NCBI GenBank assembly: GCA_025594325.1
Contig: JANHCV010000003.1
Coordinates: forward strand, 186,001 to 250,000
Source: Blastocladiella emersonii ATCC 22665
Taxonomy: Eukaryota; Fungi; Blastocladiomycota
Direction of reading: 5' to 3'
Length of the DNA: 64,000 nucleotides
The position numbers and the translations under genes were made by a program. Shown here one piece after another: positions 24,370-36,409 of the stretch; position 1 is the first letter of the stretch, and every line of letters begins with the position of its first letter. The notes beneath the pieces were generated by a model. It saw only the letters and a list, made by a program, of their open reading frames with translations. It was not told the DNA's origin and ran no database searches.

Positions 24370-24984
24370 TCGTTTGCGTTGCGTTATGGGATCGTTCTTA
24401 GAGAGCGAGGGCGGTTGGAGAAGCAAAGGGCTGAACGACGCGTCGGCGCCGCATCAGCTGACCCGCCTCGTCGCGACCCTTCCTCTCCGCTGAGCCACCA
24501 CGCCCCTCTCTGGCGCGATTGAGAGGTCAACGCTTGAGTGACTAGCTGCAACGCATCAGCGATCTTGCGTCGCGCGCCTTGGGTTGAGTCGACGCCGTCG
24601 CCGCCCACTGGCAGACCGCCACCGACCGCACCGTGGCCCCAGATCGCAGCATGCCCTTCGCGATCCTGTGGTCGCCGAGTGCGTCACTTGGAATCGCGAC
24701 GGCGACGACGGCCATGGTTGACCAATCAAGTGCCCGCCCGTGTCCGCGCGCGCGTGCGCCTGGCCGGCCCCTCCAACGGCCCGCCTCCGCTCCGCCCGCC
24801 TGACCTGACCCCCGTTGCGCCCGTCCCGCGAAGGCCCTGTGTAATCCTCCTCGCCCAGCTTCTCGCCCGCCCTCCCCAACCCTTCTCCCTCTCCCCCGAG
24901 ACTACAAGTAGCGCGCGCTCCCCGCGCCGCCACGTTCCCGCTCTCCTCGTTGATCATTGCACCACTTTGCTACGCACCGACACC

Positions 24985-27900
24985 ATGCCCTGCTCGTCCA
25001 ACTGCGCGCACATCCGCGCCGCCGTTGCCGCCGGCGAGTTCCGCGAGTTCCGCGCCGCCGCCGCGCCCGAGGCCCGCAACGACCTCGAGGGCTTTGCGCG
25101 CGCCGACGCCGTCAAGCACTATGCGCCCAACATCACGCTGGAGCCCGTGCACATGGACATTGCGCTCGTCTTCGACTTCCCCAACCACGCCGTCGACGGC
25201 ACCGTCACCCACACGGTCCGGTGCAACGCCAGCGTGCCGACGGCCGCCGCGCTCGGCGACGCCGCGATGCGCCTGACGCTCAACGCCGTCGGCTTCGACA
25301 GCGTGCACGTCACGGGCGACAAGCTCGCCGGGTTCGAGTGCGACGGCAAGGAGATTGTCGTGCGTTGGGCCGAGCCGTTCGCAGCCAAGGGCGACGAGCG
25401 CAAGATCACCGTCACGTACCGCGTCGAGAAGCCCGTCTCGGGCCTCTTCTTCAACTCGGCCGACCTGCCCTCCAACGGCACCTACGCCGTCACCGACCAC
25501 GAGACCGAGCGCGCCCGCTACTGGCTGCCGTGCGTCGACTTCCCGACGGTCCGCCCGCGCCTCACCTTCCGCCTGACGGCGCCCGCCAACTTCGAGACCC
25601 TCGCCAACGGCGCCCTCGTCTCGTCGACCGTCGACGCCAACGACGCCGCGATCAAGACCACTGTGTGGGACCTCGACTTCCCGTGCCCGTCGTACCTCCT
25701 CTTCCTCGCCGTCGGCGACTTCAACACCATCGACGACCGCCCCGCCGTCACCGAGCTCGGCGAGGTCCCCATCAAGTACTACGCCCCCAAGGGCTTCGCC
25801 ATCGAGGACCTGGGCCGCGCTCTGGACACCACGCCCGCCATGTACGAGTGGCTGACCAAGAAAATTGCGCCCATGCCGTGGCCCAAGTATTCGCAGCTCA
25901 TGAGCCCATGGATTGGTGGAGCCATGGAGAATCAGTCAAGCGTCTCGTACGTTTTCTCAACTCTTTTCGTGATGGACATGGGTGATGGGCGACGCTAACC
26001 GACTCGCCTTCGCCGTACGCAGCTGGGGCAGCTTCGCCACCGTCGACGAGACCCACGCCCGCGACTCCAAGTTCAACATTGACGCTACCAACATCCACGA
26101 GATGGCCCACTCGCTCTTCGTACGCCTTTTCTCGTGCTTAAAACGCGTCGCGATCGACTGATACTGACCTCGCCTCGCTCGTCCGCCTGACCCTCGCTTG
26201 TCTACCCCGGCCTTCCGCCAACCGTCATTCTCAACATCCAGGGCGACATGGTACGCTCATTTCTCTCGCCCATCGCGCTCCCGACCAGCATGTTGACACT
26301 CGCTCAACGTAGACCGTCGTCCGCTTCTTCGAGCACGCCTGGCTCAAGGAGTCGTGGGCCACCTACCTCGAGTCGGTCTGGGTCGAGGAGCACGTCGGTG
26401 CCACGCCCGAGGAGATGCGCGACCGCGCGCGCCTCTACCGCTTCGATGACGCCGAAGCCTACATCAGCGAGGCCGATGGCGACTACATGCGCCCGATCGT
26501 GAATCGGCGGTTCGATCACTCGTGGAGCATGTTCGACGGTCACCTGTACATGGGCGGCGGCGCGCGCCTGCACATGCTGCGCGGGCTGCTCGGCGACGAC
26601 GTGTTCTGGCCCGCCGTCAGCGAGTACGTGCGCCGGTACACGGGCAAGACGGTCGAGACCGACGACTTCCGCAAGGTGCTCGAGGAGTTCTCGGGGCTCA
26701 ACCTGACGCGCTTCTTCGACCAGTGGTTCCACTCCAAGGGGTACCCCAAGTTCAAGGCCACCTACGCCTTCGACGAGGCCAAGGGCGTCGCGCACGTCGC
26801 GCTCGAGCAGACCCAGGCCGACGCCGCCGAGGGCATCCCGCTCTTCGCCATGGACGTGCCCGTCGAGTTCGCCACGGCCGATGGCGCCGTGCACCGCGCG
26901 GTCGCGTCGTTTGACGGCAACTCAGCCAAGGCCGTCGCTGCCGCCCACACGGGTGCGGGGATCGGCGGCAAGCCCGTGCGCGTCGAGGTTGACCCCGATG
27001 GCTTCCAGATGTTCGCCTTTGACGGCCAGTTCAACCCGGGCCACGCCATTCTGCTCGCCACGGCGGCCGGCGCCCGCGACTGCGTCAACCGCATCCGCGC
27101 GTTCCGCACGCTGCTCAAGACGGCCGACTACTACACGCTGCGCAAGGTGCGCCCGCTCGCGCTCGCCGAGCCGATGCCGCTCGTCCGCGCCAAGATCGCC
27201 GCGGCGCTCGGCGGGATGCGCCACGCGCCCGCCGTCGAGCTGCTCATCGAGCTCGCCGCCCGCGAGACCGACGACACCGCGCGCAAGCTCATCTTCGGCC
27301 GCCTTAACTTCAAGCACCCGCTCGTCGCCAAGTTCGCGCACGCGACGCTCGCCGACCCCAAGGCCGACCTGACGTACATGCAGCGCGCGGCGCTCCTGAC
27401 GGCGATCGCGACGCAGCGCCGCCCCGAGGATTTCGCGCTCGTCGCCGCGTACGCCGCCGGCACCGCGCCAGGGTTCACCGACTACAAGGGCATCGTGCGC
27501 GCCGCCGCGTTCCGCGCGCTGCCGTCGTTCCGCAGCGTCGCGGCCGCCGAGGTCCTGCTCGCGCAGCACGCCGCCGTGATCCGCGGCGACTTCATCTTCA
27601 ACACAAAGACGGGTCTGGTCTCGGGCCTCGCGTCCGCCGCCGCGTGGGTCCCCGAGCCCCTCGCGCGCACCCTCGCCGAGGCCATCGTCGAGGCGCTCGA
27701 CGACCCGCACTTCCTCGTCCGCGAGGTCGCCACGTCCGCGATCGCGCGTCTCCCGCACGGTCTCGCCGCCGAGTTCGCGGCCGCCGCCGAGGCCGTCCTC
27801 GTCCTCGCGCCCGAGCAGGACCAGCAGCCGCTCAAGGATACCATCAACCGCGCGCGCCGCGGCGCTGGGAACAAGATGCCCGCGGTCGCGGCCCTCACCA

Positions 27901-28016
27901 AGCGCGTCGAGGAGCTCGAAAAGTCGATCAAGGAGGTCGAGGGCAAGTGGCTCGCCAAGGACGACGCGGAGAAGCAGGTCAAGGAGGCCAAGGAGGCGGC
28001 CGAGAAGAAGGAGTAG
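24985..28016 (+). CDS. M1-family aminopeptidase (APN-like) with C-terminal HEAT-like repeats and coiled coil, 4 exons
   Basis: GGAMEN exopeptidase motif; HEMAH-X18-E is completed only across a 9-nt exon (26242-26250); RYWLPCVDFP; PSYLLFLAVG; FFDQWF..KGYP. Confidence 0.92.
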
Positions 28017-28111
28017 ATGATGGGGCTTGAGACGGATATATGTGTAGTGAGATTGTACTTGCGGATAGCAAAGACATGGATGGACTTGAGTCGAGGGCTA
28101 AGGCCCTCTTT

Positions 28112-30015
28112 TGCGGGGCTTTGCCCAAGCCATAGGCGCTGTGCCCAAGCCATAGGCGCTGCGACCTTGAAGCTCTCGTTTCGTCACGCGACCCGACCAC
28201 GTTGCTCCCAATGACATCACTCCCGTGTCGCGTTACGCCACTTCGCTTCAGCTCTCGCTTCCGCTTCGCTCCCCTCCCGTATGCTCCCCTTGATCGATGA
28301 AGCTGCTTTACTCTATGCAATGGATCTCATAAATCATGAAATTGACTTCAGGCTGGTCCCGTCTCTCCTGCAGCGTTTTGGGTGGCGCTCGCGCGGCGAC
28401 GTGCTGTGCTCGACTCGACCGGTGACTTGAGTGCTCCGTTGGCATCGCTTTCGCACTCTGTTCTTGCTACTGCAGGAGCGCTGCTTAGGCGAGCTCGTGA
28501 GCAGTGAAGCATGTCGCGGGAACCTTTCACGTCGTCCGAGCTTGCGATATCTGGAATCGCGAAGAGACCCCAGCTCGAAGGAGATGTTATTTGTGTTCCT
28601 ATTCTCTCTCTTGCGTCCATGTACTCGCTTTTCTTGCGTTGCCGCCGCCGCCACTGCACCGCCGTTGCGCCCCCAGGCGTCGCGTCGCTTCTTGCTTCCT
28701 TACTGCGGGACGTTGCGCTGAGCGGCGTGGCGCGACGAAGACGCTCGAAACCTCGCGACGAGTAGCTACGCGTTATCTTTGCCTCGGCAGTGCGGGATGC
28801 GAACTTGATGACGAGCGGAGCGCGCATCTGGATTTGCTCCAGCGCAAGCACGCGCGTCTCATCTGCTGTGCTGATGACCACTTCTGGCCCCGACCTCTGC
28901 CACCTGCACGGCGGCGGCGGCGGAACGTGCGATCGATTAGCTAGAGCTCCTTTTCGAGCTCGGGCGAGCTCTTTTCTGTGCGCGCCGCGAACCATCGTGA
29001 CTTTCAACATCGTTGACAGGCTTCCCGTGCAAATTTGTACACGTCGACCATCGCGCAACTGGAGGCGAGCGAAAGTCGGCTGAGCAGGGAGGTCGTCGCG
29101 GGCGCGGTCGGGAGTGTCTCGTGTCGCCGTCAGCGACATGCCGTGGGCACCGTAACGCACGTCAATCCTTCGCGATCCTTCCACCGTAGGTCCGCTTCAT
29201 TCGAGCTCTCTTGTTCCGTGCCCAAGGAATCGAGCTCGCTCAAGGCCTCAAGCTGGATCATAGCGTGCGACGCGAACGCCATCGTCGTCAGGTGCTTTCT
29301 TGGCGGAAAACCAACGCGTTGGTCGAGATCGAGTCGCCGCGCGCATTTGTTGTGCTTAGTTTATTCATACCCTTGGTTCACGATTGCCAACTACTTCCAT
29401 ATCGGCTTGCCGAGAATACCAGCATGCTGTTGAGAGCGAGCGGCTCACCTTGACGCGTCCGTCGCAAATCTGATCTCAGTTGCCTTGAGCGCGCTAGAGC
29501 TACGCGCCACGTGCGCGTATGCTGCAGTGAGGCGCTTTACAAGGTACTCGGCGCCCACAACCAAGGCGCGCCAGGGTTCCATCAAGAGGACCATCACCAA
29601 AGCGTGACTGGCCGCGATTGTGCGCGCGTGAGCGCAGTTTGCTGCACGAGGAGTCGCTGCACAGGATGGAAAGGCGATCTGCCCGGAGGCCTCCAGCTTG
29701 CGCCGCCCCATCCGTAACCGACTTGATCTAGCCCATGAGCAGGAAGGCGAGCAAAATCGAGAAGGAGGCGTGTGTTTACGGCCCCAACGCGTGGTTCTGA
29801 CCCGTTGCGACTCTTTCACTCACGTCCCTCTACATACGACAGATCCGAAGCACGATCTCAGGCAGCGCTACACCTGAAGCGAGTTCCGTGTCTCTCGGTC
29901 CATAAACCATGCAGTTCCTTGCAGCCCACGTCAATTAACGCGTCTCTAGTGCCAGGTGATCGTGGCGAGAGGGCACTTGGGCAAAGCCCCGCACAGTTGA
30001 CACCCGAACGGAGTG
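28112..30015. mobile_element. Non-autonomous element with 18-bp perfect inverted repeats (inner, Helentron/HINE-like)
   Basis: TGCGGGGCTTTGCCCAAG (28112-28129) is the exact reverse complement of 29976-29993. A T-run precedes the left repeat and an imperfect hairpin CACCCG-AA-CGGAGTG (30001-30015) follows the right one. Confidence 0.6.
28122..28161. repeat. 20-bp tandem duplication TGCCCAAGCCATAGGCGCTG x2
   Basis: Exact copies at 28122-28141 and 28142-28161. Confidence 0.9.
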
Positions 30016-30136
30016 AGTGGTGGAGGTACTGGCAATTAGACCGCGTCGCGGCCGGATAGGGTACCGACGCTCACGTGAGCATGTCGCCCTCTCGTCATGT
30101 GAATGTCCTCAAAATGCGTGACAGACGCGTCGTTTG

Positions 30137-31258
30137 TCATCTGACCGCTGTGGCGCAACGCGTCCTGGCTGCGCACGTGACGTGCTTCGGCCCAACCCGC
30201 GGATGCGTGGGGTTCGGCTGGTCGCGCAACGCGCGTTGCTCGACGCGCGGTGCGCTTTGCACCGACTTGCGCGGGAAGATCAGATCGTGGGAAAGCGAAA
30301 AATGTATCTTTGAGCGAAAGGAAACAAGAGTCTGCGCGAGGGGAATGAACAAAGTTGGGGCGGGAGCGAGTGTATCAGGTCGACGAGAACAGGCGGCGCC
30401 GCAGCGGCGCCGCTCGGGCTGCGCCTCGTGCTCGTCGTTGACGACGCACTCCTCGTGCTCCTCCTCGGCGGCCGCGGCGGCGGTCGCCGCCGTGCGCTTC
30501 GTCGCGTTGGCGGTAGACGTCGGGACACCGGCTTGGTCGTCACCGATGGCGGCGGGCGTGCACGCCGTGAGCGCCGCGGTTGTCGGGGCCGCAGCTGCGG
30601 CCGCGTCGTCCATGTCGCACCCGACCAACACGGAGTTTGAGTCCGGCACCCCTACGGCGATCTTGTCGATGCTGCCGATCGCGATGAACGAGTGCGTCCA
30701 AATGGGGTTCGCGCAGCTCGGGAAGCCGCCGTACTTCTTGGTGCCGGTGTTCATGCCGCCGGCGTTCTTGGTGTTGGCGGGCGAGTTGATGGCGGGCGAC
30801 ACGACAGCGGGCGGCTGGATCGCGTGCTCCTGCGTCACGGGCGCCGCGGCGGGCGAGACGACGGCGGCCGAGATGTCGACGGGCTGCTTGATCGTGAGCT
30901 GCTGCGCCGCGGGTTCCGCTGCAATCGAGGCGGCGACCTGCTGCACACCGTGACCAGCGGCGCCCGATGCGACGCCGTTTGCCGCGGCGCGGGCGGCCTG
31001 GTGCGCGGCGAGGTTGTTGACAAAGTTCTCGCGGCCGTCGCGCATGCACTCGTGGTACACCTCCGTGGCCTCGTTGAGCTCGGCCCGCATGCCCTTCATC
31101 GTGCGCGGCACGCCTGCCGAGGTGAAGGCCTCGTCGCCGGGGAAGCCCGGGTCGTCGTCGGATTCTGAAGAGTCCGACGCGTTCACGTCGCAGAGGAACC
31201 GCGGCTGCGGCGGTGCCGTCAGCGTCGCGCGAGCCGGAGCCGTGCTTGGCGTCGTCGG
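30137..31258 (-). pseudogene. Coding-like ORF fragment of unknown family inside the Helitron-like element
   Basis: About 350 codons with strong GC3 bias on the minus strand; no ATG near its 5' end; abuts the helicase ORF back-to-back. Confidence 0.4.
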
Positions 31259-33971
31259 TCAGTCGGAGAACGACATTGTTCTCGACCCGACTATCGTCAA
31301 CTCGGACGTGGAGGGCATCCTGGCCGACAACGGCGAAACCGAGGCGAACCTCGAGCGCATCAAGAGCGTGACCTCTACGCTGATCCCTGGAATGGGCCAC
31401 GGCATGATGGGCACCCTGCTCTTCCCCGACGTGCAGCCGTTCGATGTCAACGCCGCGCCGCCGCCGCCGTACCTCGAGACGCCCATCTCGCCGACTGACG
31501 TCAAGAAAATCATGGCTCAACTATGCGCTGCCGCGGCTCAAGGTCATCCGACCGCGGATGTCGGCGCCGTACCTGTCGTTCCCGGGCCCAGGCAGCCGCC
31601 CATGATCGGTATTGTTCCCGCAGTGCCATCTGGAGCCTTGAAAAACACATCTCAGCATGGTATCGACCCGGAAATGGCCGCCGACGTGCCCGAACCAGAA
31701 CTCGGACCAGCCGTCGACGTTTGGCGCAGCGCCTTCACAACCACGCCAACGGATCCTGACGCGCGCGCGCGGTTCCTCATCACCAAGGCCGCGCACTCGA
31801 TCAGCAACTTTGCCTACGACACACGCGGCGACGAGTGGAGCGACGGAAAGCAGCGCACTGTGCACACGCCCGCGTACGCGAGCCTCGCGCAGGTCTCGCT
31901 CAAGTTCAACCTCAACGAAGAGCAGCACCGCGCGTTCGTGCTCTTCCTCATGCCGCTCATCGACATCTTCATCGGCGGCAACGCGGGTATCGCTCGGCCG
32001 AGCAGAACGTGATCCTGTTGGGCCGCGACAACGTCCAACATGTCGTCGGCACCGCGGCCCTCCCGCCCATGAGCAAGGACCGGACGCCGATCATCCTCAC
32101 CGGCTTGGGCGGCACGGGCAAGTCGCGCGTCGTCGATGCAATCCGATACTTTCTCGCGTCCTGGAACCGGGAAAGTGCCTCATGGTCATGGCCATGACCG
32201 GGATCGCGGCCGCCAACATTGGCGGTACGACCATCCACGCCGCGTTCTCTTTTTCGCTAAGGCCGAAAGAAAACAGCCCGGACGTGGCCCGTTTGCGTAC
32301 CGATCCTGCGGTTGCCATCGCGTGGAAAGGGCGTCTCGGCGTCGCCATCGACAAGTTCTCCATGTGCGATGCGACTTTACTCGGCCGTATCGACGCGAAC
32401 CTGCGCCTCCTGCGGCGGTGCGACGAACCATTCGGCAGGTGCATCGTCATGCTCGCTGGCGATCATTTACAGCTGCCTCCCGTCAACGGAACTGCCCTGT
32501 ACAAGGTGCCCGCCGTGCTCAACGACGCGCCGGACTCGTTCTACCTGCGCATGACGTCAAATCAATTGACGGTCCCCGAGCACGTGGATCGAGGCCAGGT
32601 CGCGTACTGGCGCACTACACGCGCTGTTCGTCTCTTGAAGAGCAACCGATTTGTCGACGATCCACCATGGGGCAACGAAATGGACGCGCTCCGCCTCGTC
32701 GAGGCGTCGGACACGCTGTGCGACCTGATCAACTCGCGTACGACCACTCAGCTTCAGCAGCAGAGTCGACGAAAACGGCAAAAACGTCCTCAAGGAGATC
32801 CTCAAGAAGCCCAGACTCACGGTTATCGCGCCCAACAACCACACGCGCCACGCCTTCAACCTGCTCTACACGCGGCTTGCAGCAGCAAACCCGAACCGCA
32901 TCATGTTCCAGATCAAGGGCAACATCACGCGCCTGTGTGATAGGCGTCGCACGCGTGAACGCGTCGCCATCTGCGACAAGGACGTGTTCTGCCTCAAAGG
33001 AGAGCCAGAAACCACGACTGAACTGCCAGCCATCCTCAAGCTCTTCGTTGGAATGGAGATGCGCGTCAAGACCAACGAGTGCGTAGCAAAGGGGTGCGCG
33101 AACGGTGCGGTTGGCGTCGTGCACCACATTGACTGGAAGCCTGAGACCACATTCACGCGAACCGCGTCCAACATGTACCGGCCATCCTGCGCTCCACTCA
33201 ACGTGTGGATCGACCTGCCTGACGCTCCTCGTGGCCCTCGCTTCCCGGGCATGCTGGCCGCGTGGCCTGACACGGTCATCCCGCTTGCTGTGGAGAAGAA
33301 GAACTTCCTGTACATGGCGGGCGGTTCCACGTTGCGAGAGCGGGTCGTCAGCACAACGGGGGATTCGCTCCCGCTCTGTGTCAACAACACCAAAACCAAA
33401 ACCAAAACCAAAACCAAAACCAAAACCAAAACCAAAGCCAACAGGAGCAAGTATCCTAATCATGTCGTCGTCGCGCACATCGAGCAGTACCCAATGGTCC
33501 CAGCCTTCGCCATGACGGTCCACGGGGTTCAAGGCGTGACCAAGAACGCCATCGCCCTGGCAGATCCGCGTCCCGCGGGCATGGAGCGTCTCATCAGCGG
33601 CGCTTCCCTGTACGTGGCGTTATCGCAGCTTCGTCGCTCAAAGTACCTGTGGGTGCTTCAGCCGATCCCAAGAGCCGTGCTCAAGTCCATGGAAGCCGGA
33701 TCCACTTGCAGTGGCCGAGGACAAGCGGCTCCAGATGCTCGACGAGCTGACCAAGCCCGCCTTTGATCAAGGTACAGCCATCGCACCAGGCGACCCGCGC
33801 ATCGCCAAGCTCTTCAACGACGCGATTCTCTTCTCGCGTCAGCACGCGGCTGAGAAGCTAGTCGCCAAGCGCGCGTCTGATGCTCTCAACGCAAGGTTTT
33901 GGCGATTGGCCAACAAACGTGCTGGAGGCGAGGACGGCTCACAGAACGCCAAGAAACAGAAAACACAGTAG
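31190..33971 (+). pseudogene. PIF1-like SF1B helicase (Helitron-type), frameshifted
   Basis: LNEEQHRAF; Walker A TGLGGTGKS; AMTGIAAANIGGTTIH; Walker B IDK (E to K); AGDHLQLPPV; QYPMVPAFAMTVHGVQG; LYVALSQ. Frameshifts near 32170, 32760 and 33710. No HUH Rep motifs seen. Confidence 0.88.
33389..33436 (+). repeat. (ACCAAA)8 microsatellite encoding (TK)8
   Basis: Eight perfect hexamer copies in frame within the helicase. Confidence 0.95.
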
Positions 33972-35279
33972 AGTATTAACTTAGTGTATTCCATCATCTA
34001 ATCCATCAATAGCACGATTTCCATAGCTCGATCACCTAAATCTCCTGTGCGGGACGCAAGCGACAGCACCTCCACCACTCGTACACCATACGTGGCGGGG
34101 GCTTTAGCCCTCGATTGAAAACCAAACGCGAAGCGTTTAGGTGCCTCAAGTATAATGTCGAGAGCGAGAGACTAGACGCGTTTCAGGTGCACGTGAGTGG
34201 CGCGGCGCGTCATCATCGTTGCCATCACGCGCCCAAAGTAGCAAACAAAATTCAAACTGGCTCGAGCCAGTTGCTTAGCTGCGATAAGAGGAGAACAATT
34301 TCTGTATTGAGGGTATCTACACTTCAAAAAATCCGTGACCCGGCTGACGTCCAACTGCTAGGTGACCATCGTTCCAGGCGCTAGCCGTGGAGTCCCTGCA
34401 TCGACGTGGAGCTGAGCCGTGCTCGCAGAGTCGGACAAAGTGCTGGTTTACTACAAAGGAGATTTCGCAGGCGCCTGGGCTTCCGCGACAATCTCAGCAG
34501 TCATGCTCGCCAGCGCGGCAGCCCATTCAATGCGCTGTCGCTCCTTCATTTCTTGCATAGCGGCGAAAACAAATAAAACGCGCGCACGGCGTGCTTACTC
34601 GGCGGCCGAGTAGATGGAAGGAAGCGCCACGGCTTGAGCCAACAGACAGACTTGAAGTAGTCTGACCAAAGCGCGCTTGGCGCCCCTTTCAGACCTTAAA
34701 ACGGGACGTGATTAGCGACGCACCTGGTGTTGCCACAGGACGGCGGTACAACCGACGGCTTGCAACGACTTGAGAATGCGCTGACGCGGAACAACGTCGT
34801 CTCGTTTTACTCACGCGTGCCGCGCCTTGCGCGACCTAAGGCGCAATCCGTTGCGAAGCGCTAGCACAAAGTCATCCCAGTCTAGCTCCTTGGCCTGGAT
34901 GTTGGCAATGGCGGTCTCGGGCTCAGGCTGCTGCCGTGAAAACGCAAATTGGGCTGCGCCATGGGCAAGTTCCATGTCCCAGTCATTGGCCTGCGCGAAG
35001 TCGCACGTCTTTGTGCGCACGCCAAGGACGACAGGTGAAGAGCAGAGCAGCAATACAAGAACCATATCAGGCTCATTTCACAGCTTGTTACGGTCTGGTA
35101 CGTCGTTCATGTCAGCGACGGGGCACCGCGGTTCGGTTTGGTCGCTTTGAGCAAGCGACAACGCCTGGGGAACGCGCCCCCAGCCATTGGCGGCTGTGAC
35201 GGTGGCGGCGTCAACTCGCGATCGACCCATGGAGACCATGGAGAGACATCGCTTAAACGGCCCTTGCGACGCGAGGCCT

Positions 35280-36226
35280 GGCGCCAGTCCAGCATCCTCA
35301 GCGAGGTAACCATGGATAATCTGGACGAGGAACGTAATCGAAATCGAGAGCTGGTTGACGCTCGAGTCCGCGGTCGTGCCAAAGGTGAACTGCACCTTGC
35401 GCCTGGGAACAAACGAGATAAGGTCGAACGTCATCGCCTTGAGGGTGATGGTCAGGCGCACGTAGTCCAGGTTGCCAAAGTCCTCGTTTATGCCCTCATA
35501 ATCCTGTGATGCGAACGTGACGACACAAGCGATTGGATGCGTCGTGGCACGCGAGAGTCGGCAAGTCTGTACAGCGGGGTCGCACTCAATCGCCAGGCCA
35601 GTGCATGCGCAATCGCCTGCGGGGTCTCTCGTGAAGCGAAGCACGAAAAAATCAGCTCTTTCTAGGTTGGAGGCGGTGGTTATTGAGCGTGCGAATAAAA
35701 AAATGCACTTCCCAAGGCGCACAAGCGCACGCGCAGGGACAACAAGCTCAAGCTGGCTGAGTGCTAGATCCGCGTACCACAGAATCCAGTCATTCGGCGC
35801 TGATGCGCGGATTAACGTTCAGTGGAGCTCGTAACACGTGGGAATCGCGAGCTCGACTGGTGATGACGGCGGGATCGGAGTCGCGTGAGCACAGTCACAT
35901 GGATCCGACGACGCCAGGCATAGCAAGAGGTAGAGCTCACTATTTCAAACAGGTTGCATATAGTTGTAGTGTGGAGTTCCATGGTGCGTTGAGCGGTGAG
36001 GGGGGCGAAAGACGCGCCGTTCACGCCACGTGATGCATTTCCGCCGCCAATGCTTTGTCAACGCGCACGTTCGCCCAAATGCTGCCGCTCCCCCGGAACC
36101 GCAAAGTCCCCGCCCGACCCCAACCACCACCATGCACTTGACACATATGTACCCTCGGCATCGCATGCAGCCCCGCCCGTACGCCGCCCACATCGCGTCA
36201 GCCACAGCGGCGCCTGTGCCGTGAGG
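35280..36226 (-). mobile_element. Plavaka/CMC-like transposase remnant, copy A
   Basis: Colinear homology with 40520-41577 (e.g. RRKVQFTFGTTADSSV..IIHGYLAEDAGL); multiple stops and frameshifts; catalytic-region segment apparently deleted. Confidence 0.6.
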
Positions 36227-36409
36227 TGTCACGTGCGCGTTTGGCACGTGCGCCGTGACGTCTCGGATTGTTGAGCCGCCGCTCGCTCGCACTCTGTTCT
36301 CGCTCCCTGCTGTTCAACCACATACATCCTCGTTCGCTAGTCATTGTGTATTCAGCCCTCCCCGGGCGCTCCGCTACACTTTGAACAGCCTACCCAGTTG
36401 GCTTGCACC

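Larger units (their letters stand above)
28091..34138 (+). mobile_element. Decayed Helitron2/Helentron-like element (outer)
   Basis: Imperfect inverted repeat 28091-28109 vs 34096-34114 (16/19 match), then hairpin AAACGC-GAA-GCGTTT at 34124-34138; contains a PIF1 helicase remnant. Confidence 0.5.

Noticed and set aside
19796-24522. Long antisense ORFs (666 aa, 847 aa and similar ones over ACE, SEC24 and bHLH)
   Set aside because: Shadow ORFs caused by high GC3 on the true coding strand.
28504-28944. SWIM-like CxxC..CxH in a short ORF
   Set aside because: The spacing is imperfect and no flanking Mutator transposase motifs are visible.
34419-34613. Agenet/Tudor-like fragment (KVLVYYKGDFAGAWASATI)
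   Set aside because: Too short, with no supporting exon structure.
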